From positions 1,421,403 to 1,481,824 of the forward strand of contig NMRA01000027.1 in NCBI GenBank assembly GCA_002633005.1: a stretch of DNA of 60,422 bases, given 5' to 3'. Of this stretch, positions 53,382 through 60,422 are shown piece by piece. Source of the stretch: Phoronis australis. Its lineage: Eukaryota > Animalia > Phoronida. How positions within the stretch are numbered: the first letter of the stretch is position 1; every line of letters begins with the position of its first letter. The notes below the pieces were generated by a model. That model saw nothing but the letters and a program-made list of their open reading frames with translations. It was not told the origin of the DNA and did not search any database. The translations under genes were made by a program, and so were the position numbers.

Positions 53382-54431
53382 TCACTCACCAATATGTGCT
53401 CTTGTACGCTCTACAAGATCATTACTTTTCTTAAATGATTCCTCACATATTGCAGACTCTTGTGGTCTCTCCACAATATGTGTTCTCATGTGCTCAGTGA
53501 TGTCACTAGTGCCAGATAAGGACTTCCCACAGACAGTACACTTGCAGGGGCTCCCATCAGTATGTGTTGTTGCGTGTCTAACGAGGTTGGAGTTCGTTGC
53601 AAATGATTTCCCACACACGGTGCACAGGTAAGGCTTCTCGCCAGAGTGCACTCTCATGTGTACAACGAGGGCCGATTTGGCTGAAAATGACTTTCCACAC
53701 ACAGTACAAACGTATGGTTTCTCACCAGTGTGAGTTCTTGTATGACGCACAAGATTAATGTTCTTACCAAAAGCCATTCCACACTTAGAACACTTGAAAG
53801 GTCTCTCGCCACTATGTGTTTTTTTGTGCCCATAAAGATGACAACTTCGCAAAAACGATTTGTCACACAAAGTACACTTGTATGGTCTCTCACCATTGTG
53901 CTCTCTTGTATGGTTTGCTAAGTCAGAGTGACACTGAAAAGACTTACAACACTTAGTACACTTGTAAGGTCTCTTATCAATGTGTGCTGTGTGTCTTTCA
54001 AGTGCAGTTCTTAGACTAAAGGATTTCCCACACACAGTGCACTTGTAGGGTCTCTCACCAGTGTGCGTTCTTGTGTGCTCCTTTGAATCCACAGTATAAG
54101 AATTCTGACTTGTAAGTGATTCATCACATAAGCTAGCCTCACCATTCCTTTCCATTTTGATCTCATCGGCACACTCCAGTTTAAAGTCAGTCGGTACAAA
54201 TAAATTTTCACCCTTGAGATACTCAACTCCTTCACTGTCGGGCTCATCTTCAATCACCTCTTCTTTGACATTACATCCCTTTACAACCAGGTCACTTGCA
54301 CTGACATCTGTGGAAACACTGCATTCAGGATCACAAGTCTCACTCATGCTGTCTTCATGACTTTCCCTCAACTTGGTCACATCAGCATCGTTACTATACA
54401 TACCAGCAAAAACGTTTCCTTTTATTGTCAT
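53382..54431 (-). CDS. ZF4: C2H2 zinc-finger protein, 7 fingers plus 1 degenerate; tandem paralog of ZF3
   Basis: Finger-by-finger similarity to ZF3. Acceptor before 54462; the ancestral ATG at 54454 is out of frame by 1 nt. Confidence 0.85.
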   Translation of the reverse strand: MTIKGNVFAGMYSNDADVTKLRESHEDSMSETCDPECSVSTDVSASDLVVKGCNVKEEVIEDEPDSEGVEYLKGENLFVPTDFKLECADEIKMERNGEASLCDESLTSQNSYTVDSKEHTRTHTGERPYKCTVCGKSFSLRTALERHTAHIDKRPYKCTKCCKSFQCHSDLANHTREHNGERPYKCTLCDKSFLRSCHLYGHKKTHSGERPFKCSKCGMAFGKNINLVRHTRTHTGEKPYVCTVCGKSFSAKSALVVHMRVHSGEKPYLCTVCGKSFATNSNLVRHATTHTDGSPCKCTVCGKSLSGTSDITEHMRTHIVERPQESAICEESFKKSNDLVERTRAHIGE

Positions 54432-57400
54432 TCCATAACAGATTTATCATCCATCACAGTACCTAAAAGCAGAAACATGGATTTGAATTTTAGTTGCAAG
54501 CTGTCTGAACAATAAACGAGAAATTTTAACAAAGCAGACCTGCACTAGAGCAATGCAGTGTTGATATGCGCCCACCATGTGCACCGCCTACAGCACAATA
54601 TTAAAGGGAACAGTAATAGGAAACAGCCTGTAGGGTGTGAAAATTCTGTCATCAATACCTTCTGAATATGAACACACCTGCCACCCTACGATTTCGAAAT
54701 GTGTCAAACAAGGCAGGGTAAAAAAATAAATACACACGTATATCATCTGGGCTTTACCAGAAACTCGGCTGGCACTTTTTTATTAATGACGTCACCCGAA
54801 GTAGTGTTACAGACCCTTATGGCGAAATCTGCCATTTTATGACCTGTGTCCACTGACACACATATCATGTACTTGAACTTTATCATCGTTGCAAGCAAGC
54901 ACTGAACCATCATTTGAAACGTATTATATTATTCGCCAGTGTTTGTCTATCAACCTAAACTGCAGGTTGTGCAGACGATGACTCAAAGTTCCTACATGGA
55001 TACACCTAGTTCTCAAAACCTTGCTCGCCTGCTGGGCGACTGAGCCCAAAAATCAAGTTGCCCAGCCCAAAGATAAGTCCCCCGTTTCGCTTCAGTCACA
55101 ACAGACAAACTGGCCATCCCAAATTCAGGAACTGCCAGAAAAATGGCAAAATTAACCATGTCCGAAATTCTTGAATTAATGCGGTATGATACAAGCTACC
55201 TATGTTATAGTCTTGACACATCATCAGTCAGAAACATCGCCGAATGTGGTACCGTGATTAACAAAAATTCGTGTTAATAGGTTGAGGCAAAGCACCCTGG
55301 CAGGAACATATTTAACAACAGCGCAGATCTGTGATAAATATTGATTGCTCCACTAACAGCATGATAAAATGTTACAAAACAGCAAATTTTTATGAATAAT
55401 ACGTTTATTAACTCAGAAAGTATATCATTACTAGATACGGCTGGGGTTGGGTGGCCCCAGCGACATATCTTTACAACTTACTGAAGAACAATACGTCATA
55501 CATATAGAGCAAAAAAGTATCTAGAAAACAACTAATAAAATACTGATTGTGTCGATAATTAGTAAAAAAGGGAGGGAAAGGGGGAGGGGAGGACTTTCAT
55601 ACACTCATTCACACTCACATTAACTTTTAGTATATTTTTACATTTCCTTACGTGTATGTTTATGAAAAAAATTAATAGAAGTGGTTATAAAAGTAACACC
55701 GTATATTGTTTGAATCATTTTAAAGAGAAGCCTGCAAAATCCTTCACGGTTCTGAAGTTTTAACCAATGCGTTAAACATAATAATCTTGATTCACTGCTT
55801 CAAAAAGTATAAATTTGAATTTATGAAGAAAAGGTTCAGACCCATCTCTCGATGATGTATAAATATAAGGTTGAGCACGAGTGTATATATGGTATTGAAG
55901 ATTTCGCTTAGATTGCTAATGAAGCATACTAACAAGTGGTACATGGATGGTTCAGCGTGTAAGTTAAAAACTTTACTTATGATGTAAAGAATTCCAGAAA
56001 AAACAGCGATGTTGATTCCTAAACGATCAATTGTCAAACTTCGTGTTGAAAAAACATCTTTATTTTTATGCAAGACATCCCCGACAACATTGGGACTGGT
56101 CGTTCCCAGTGTTTGTGCACAAATTTGTCCTAGCAGACAATTGTGACTAGGAAATGTCGTTAAGTAACGGCACGTTTCAATGAACATCTTGTTTTTTATC
56201 ACAAGACAGCAAACGTGAAAATGACAATCGTATCAATCGCCAAGCAATGGCTACGACTTGTCTATCAGCATAGTAGTTTCGATTCGCGAAGAAATTCTCA
56301 AGCCCTTCCCTCTGGGTCTGAGCACACGCATATGTATGAGTAAATCTGTCAATCACATGTTACTGGCAATGTAATGTGCACTCTAGCCATTCAAGTGTGG
56401 CAACTTTAATTACGCCTACACCCGGCATTCCGAAGTCGCACATCAATAGAAAACGGGGAAGAGTATCAGCTTGGATCTGTATATTGTTAAGCACCTGAAT
56501 GCTAATTTGACAATAAATTTACATCCCCGGTTCTTTTGAATGTTCAAGTGACCCCGATATTCTCCGGTTCCGATGATTCTCCCTCACTCTGTGATCTTTA
56601 CATTCGATATGCCAGCTATTATTGACGTACCGCACCATACAATATCCAGGATTGGCCTTTGACCCAAAGAGGTCGACGATGTGATACTAGTCAAATGATA
56701 TCTTTTAGGAAGTGATTGCACAAATTTGATAATTATAATATAATTTATATCCATAACTATATGCTTATTTACAACAATAGCACTGAGGACACGTAAAAAT
56801 CAGGGTATTAAATGGTGTCAACTGACCTTCAAAAATGAGTCCATTTAGGAAAAAAACAATAGATATAGGAAATTGAAATATGAGCCCTAAAACTATAGAG
56901 AAACTGGGCTTTCAGGTGACACCAGAAATGTTTTTTAAAACATAATAAATCCAGTCACAATTTTAATATTTTGTCTCCAGCTGGTTGGCCTTTTCATAGA
57001 ATTGTCCGTCATACGCTTGGCCCACAGATTTGAGGTCCTTTGGGTCAATTTACTCATGAGTACTTTTTCCTCTAAACTGATCCCTATGTGCGGTTTATGA
57101 TGGCTTGTTGTTTTAGTCTGGGACTCGGAACTAAAAGTGTCAGTCGTGTATGCCTACACGACATCATGATCATGGACATGGCTGAGCTATTGTTTATTAA
57201 TCCGAATTATTATCCGACTCTACTGCCATACAAACTTGATAATTACTATTTTCTGAATCCTCACGTCATGGGGATTTCAAAAATGTATTACTCACTTCTA
57301 TTGGTCTCTTCTTTCTCATGCATGCACCGTTTTTCCGATTCATGTGCTCATTTCCGATTTGGGGTGGCAACCATTTTAAAAGACGACACCTGCCGGCAGG

Positions 57401-59858
57401 AATGATAACTACAACGATCACGTCAGACCACTCTAAACAAACTTGAAACTGGCTAGGCAGAGCTCGAAGTTTGGCGACTTACAGCTCGCCAATGCGAGTT
57501 TAGATTGTGTTTCGGGCGACCTGGGAAAAATTCCAAGTCGCCATGAAGTCGTCAAAACGAGTATCAAAGCTAAACAACAATTCACTCGATATTCGTTTCA
57601 AATATTGTTGGACGACTTTAATTCCAACTTTCATTAACATTTCCTGGATTCAACACCTTTGGTTCACAACTGTTCCATTCATTGAGCACACATCAAGCTC
57701 GTATGTGACTTTTCCTTAACGATATCTGCATGGACAGGTGTACGTTTCCTCAACACTCAGGCCAACGTGCTGTGTAACTAGGTGCAAAGACTAGCATAGT
57801 TTTCACTAAAAACTTTGACTAGACAATGTCGTAATTTCAGCTGACAACTAAGGCTGATAAAACTAAAGTATATGTTTCTTTTCGAATAGAATCCAATCGA
57901 CTGAATTCTAGCTAAATCGCAACAAAATCTAGACAGCCGGGTGGTGCTCCTTGTCGGCCGCGAAGTCGAATCGCGGCGACTATCCGGAGTTCACGGACCT
58001 TCCATTCCAATTGAAGCAATTTCACGAGGAAACTAGTTTGAATTGTGAATGACACGTACACTAGAAACTTATGTTAAGGAAATACTATTAAGCAAAATCA
58101 TTTGCGAAAGACAGATGAACCTGATCAACGGGTCCCCTAAAGATTGGGACCCTCACGGCAATTTGAAAGAATAAATTTCAAAAACATGCAGGAACATTCC
58201 TGACAAGAAATTGAGGCTTAGTATCCATCAAAATCAAATGTCTAGCAAATTAGATGTTCCCCAGGTAACCCATTTTCGTATTTTAACTTGGCAACAAATT
58301 AACACCACTGTCGGTGAAAAAGCGACTAAAATCTGAGTCGGAGTGGCTCTCCGCATGAAGAAATTGCAACTCGTGTTAACTTTTGAGAACGTGAACCTCA
58401 GGCTTTTACTAAAAGAAGAAAAAACAGGTACGTTCTTAGCTGTGAATTGTGCATTTGCCGAATTTTGGTAGTTTCTGCCTTTTTAGTGGACTCATGCAGT
58501 TTGTCTCGTTTTCTACTTTTTCGGACTTTTAGTTTCTGAGGCGGACCTTTTTGCCCACTTGGCCTAAATATGTGTACTGCACGTGCGGACTCGAGACAAA
58601 TTAGAACGCAAGTCATGTTTCTTCGTTGCACACAAACAAGAAGTGAAAATTAAGCCTAGTCTTTCCGTCAAAACATAACTTTTGTTATAGACAACTTTTA
58701 AGATTCGTAACTGGTCCTAACGTGTACTTGACTGAGAGTAGAAATGATTTTGAGATTGTGAAGAACCGCCAATTCATACTGCTGCAGACCAGGCTAAGCT
58801 CCGGAACACTTATGGCTTCTCAATAGCTTGGTGTCGAGACCGAATGCTATATAAAGCACAGACTTGGTACTCTAAGCATTACATTAGCCATTTTTTGCTT
58901 TCAGCACATGAACTAACCAAGAACTGTCAGTTCATTCCAAGTTTAGAAATCATTTCCGTTCTTCATAAAAAACATACATGAGTGACCACCTTTACATGAG
59001 CAAGTAGTCAAAAGTTATTTTTCACCATCAACGGTTTGCAAGCTGATAATAATATATGTGTGGACACAATACAAAAGTCAGTTGCATTCAAGGCTTCTAA
59101 ACATCCTTGAGCACAAGGTTATTTGTAAGCAAAAAATGATGTGCAGAATTTTTTAAAGTCAGCACAAGCGGACACTCTTGTAACCTCACCGTCAAAACTG
59201 TACAAAAGATAAAGAGCGAGATCTTTCATAATTCCGATTGGTTTGTCAGCCAGTGGACAAAACGAAGAAAGAGAGTTTCATTCGGAACACCTTTATTGAA
59301 ATGCTGATCCTTGGTTCAGTTGAAACAAAATATCGCATAACATGATTGAACAATTGTTTACATTACGCTGTTTTCAAAATAACTGTGTTCACAGTTAAAG
59401 TCTTTATGGGTTCTTGAATTACTAACCATCGAAATGACTAAAAGTAGTTACAAACGCAAAAAAGTCCCTTGCAAGAACAATGCAAACATTCAGATAAAAT
59501 ATAAAACTTGCAACTTACAAAAGTTAATAAACACTGCCGTTCATCAATCTCAGTGGTATCAATGTTCAAGTGAGGAACCTCCTTATGACATGCCTCTCTA
59601 TGGAAAAGGAAATTGTTCCAGTAGCCAGTTCACCATTTACAGTACATACATGCGCACATATACTGCACCATGACCCAAGCCGTAAACGGCAAAGTGACCA
59701 ATAAGTACTGTTAGCTACAATATAAGCAATCACATTGATGTAAATTGCATCATGGGAAAGCAATCCATATGAAACAAGAGCAACGCAGAGCGTTGAAATG
59801 CGCCCACAATTGCACCGTATACGGTATCCTTCTAGGGTTGTTTATTGGTACCATAAAG

Positions 59859-59874
59859 TGGCCAGTAGAGGGCA
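59859..59874 (+). promoter_or_regulatory. CTCF-like core motif
   Basis: TGGCCAGTAGAGGGCA fits the CCASYAGRKGGC consensus (motif match only). Confidence 0.3.
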
Positions 59875-60002
59875 TATCTGTAGTATGTTGTACCAAGGAG
59901 TGTACGAGTATAGGAGAGTTCACTTGTGAGTTCGCTGTTACCGCTACTACTAGCGCCGCCAAGTGGTGAACAAGCTACGGTCACCCAGGAAGCGCCAAAA
60001 CA

Positions 60003-60100
60003 ATGGGGACGGACGCATTTTGCAGTGCGATAAATTGCATGAATTCATCCACGAAAACCCCAGACGTGTCATTTTGTAGGTTTCCTAAGGATCCAGAAAG
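60003..60100 (+). CDS. First coding exon of a THAP-domain gene (P-element transposase/THAP9-like or other THAP); continues beyond the window
   Basis: MGTDAFCSAINCMNSSTKTPDVSFCRFPKDPE(R) followed by a strong phase-2 donor AG|GTAAGG. Not in the ORF track because it is short. Confidence 0.8.
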
Positions 60101-60422
60101 GTAAGGATTATCTGTTATTCAATAATATGATACATTGTCTTTCATTTTGTGTGTTCTGTTCACGGTTGTTAGACAAGTCGATCGCAGTCCCGGTGCCCGG
60201 CACTGTCTGTTGTCTGCAGTGTAGGCTAGACCTACTGGGCAGCCGGCGGAAGAGGACTATGATTAACGTACGATGTGATCGTCAGCTTTTTGGATACTTG
60301 CAGTCCATGTATTCCAAATCAAAATGTCACTCTAACGATCGCAGGGATAATTTTAGGAAAACATTCCCATGGCCATGGGTGAATATGAATCGTGGTGACA
60401 CGGCCATGGCACAATCACAGGC

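Noticed and set aside
54758-54835. ATG-initiated 26-codon upstream exon for ZF3/ZF4 (donor CTG|GTAAAG, CRE and YY1-like motifs)
   Set aside because: A phase-0 donor does not match the phase-1 acceptors and gives early stops. It could be non-coding or MITE-derived.
55792-56202. 136-aa minus-strand ORF, possibly a LINE 3' end
   Set aside because: Non-ATG start and no diagnostic motif I can confirm.
55006-58393. Possible 3.4-kb element bounded by GTTCTCAAAA / TTTTGAGAAC
   Set aside because: Only a 10-bp inverted match and no TSD.

Overview
Repeat-rich eukaryotic genomic DNA from an invertebrate animal. The GPCR type and transposon families are most compatible with a mollusc or other lophotrochozoan, which is an inference. 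Host genes are one rhodopsin-family peptide-receptor-like GPCR (minus strand, ~15.4-16.8 kb) and a cluster of four paralogous C2H2 zinc-finger loci. ZF1 (34.1-35.6 kb) and a decayed ZF2 (44.6-46.3 kb) are on the plus strand; ZF3 (49.9-51.1 kb) and ZF4 (53.4-54.5 kb) are on the minus strand. All four share a conserved acidic N-terminal leader motif I do not recognise. A THAP-domain ORF (39050-39673) lies in the inferred first intron of ZF2. It has a phase-0 GT donor that would join it in frame to the still-open ZF2 leader exon, which now stops right after the conserved motif. This is a candidate DNA-binding-domain swap (THAP replacing a dead finger array). A second THAP exon, resembling a P-element/THAP9 start, begins at 60003. 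The rest consists of DNA-transposon derivatives (Harbinger, hAT with 5-bp TSD, Tc1/pogo, CACTA), RTE, L1/Tx1 and DIRS/Ngaro relics, a tandem array, and two N-joined duplications that look like assembly artefacts.
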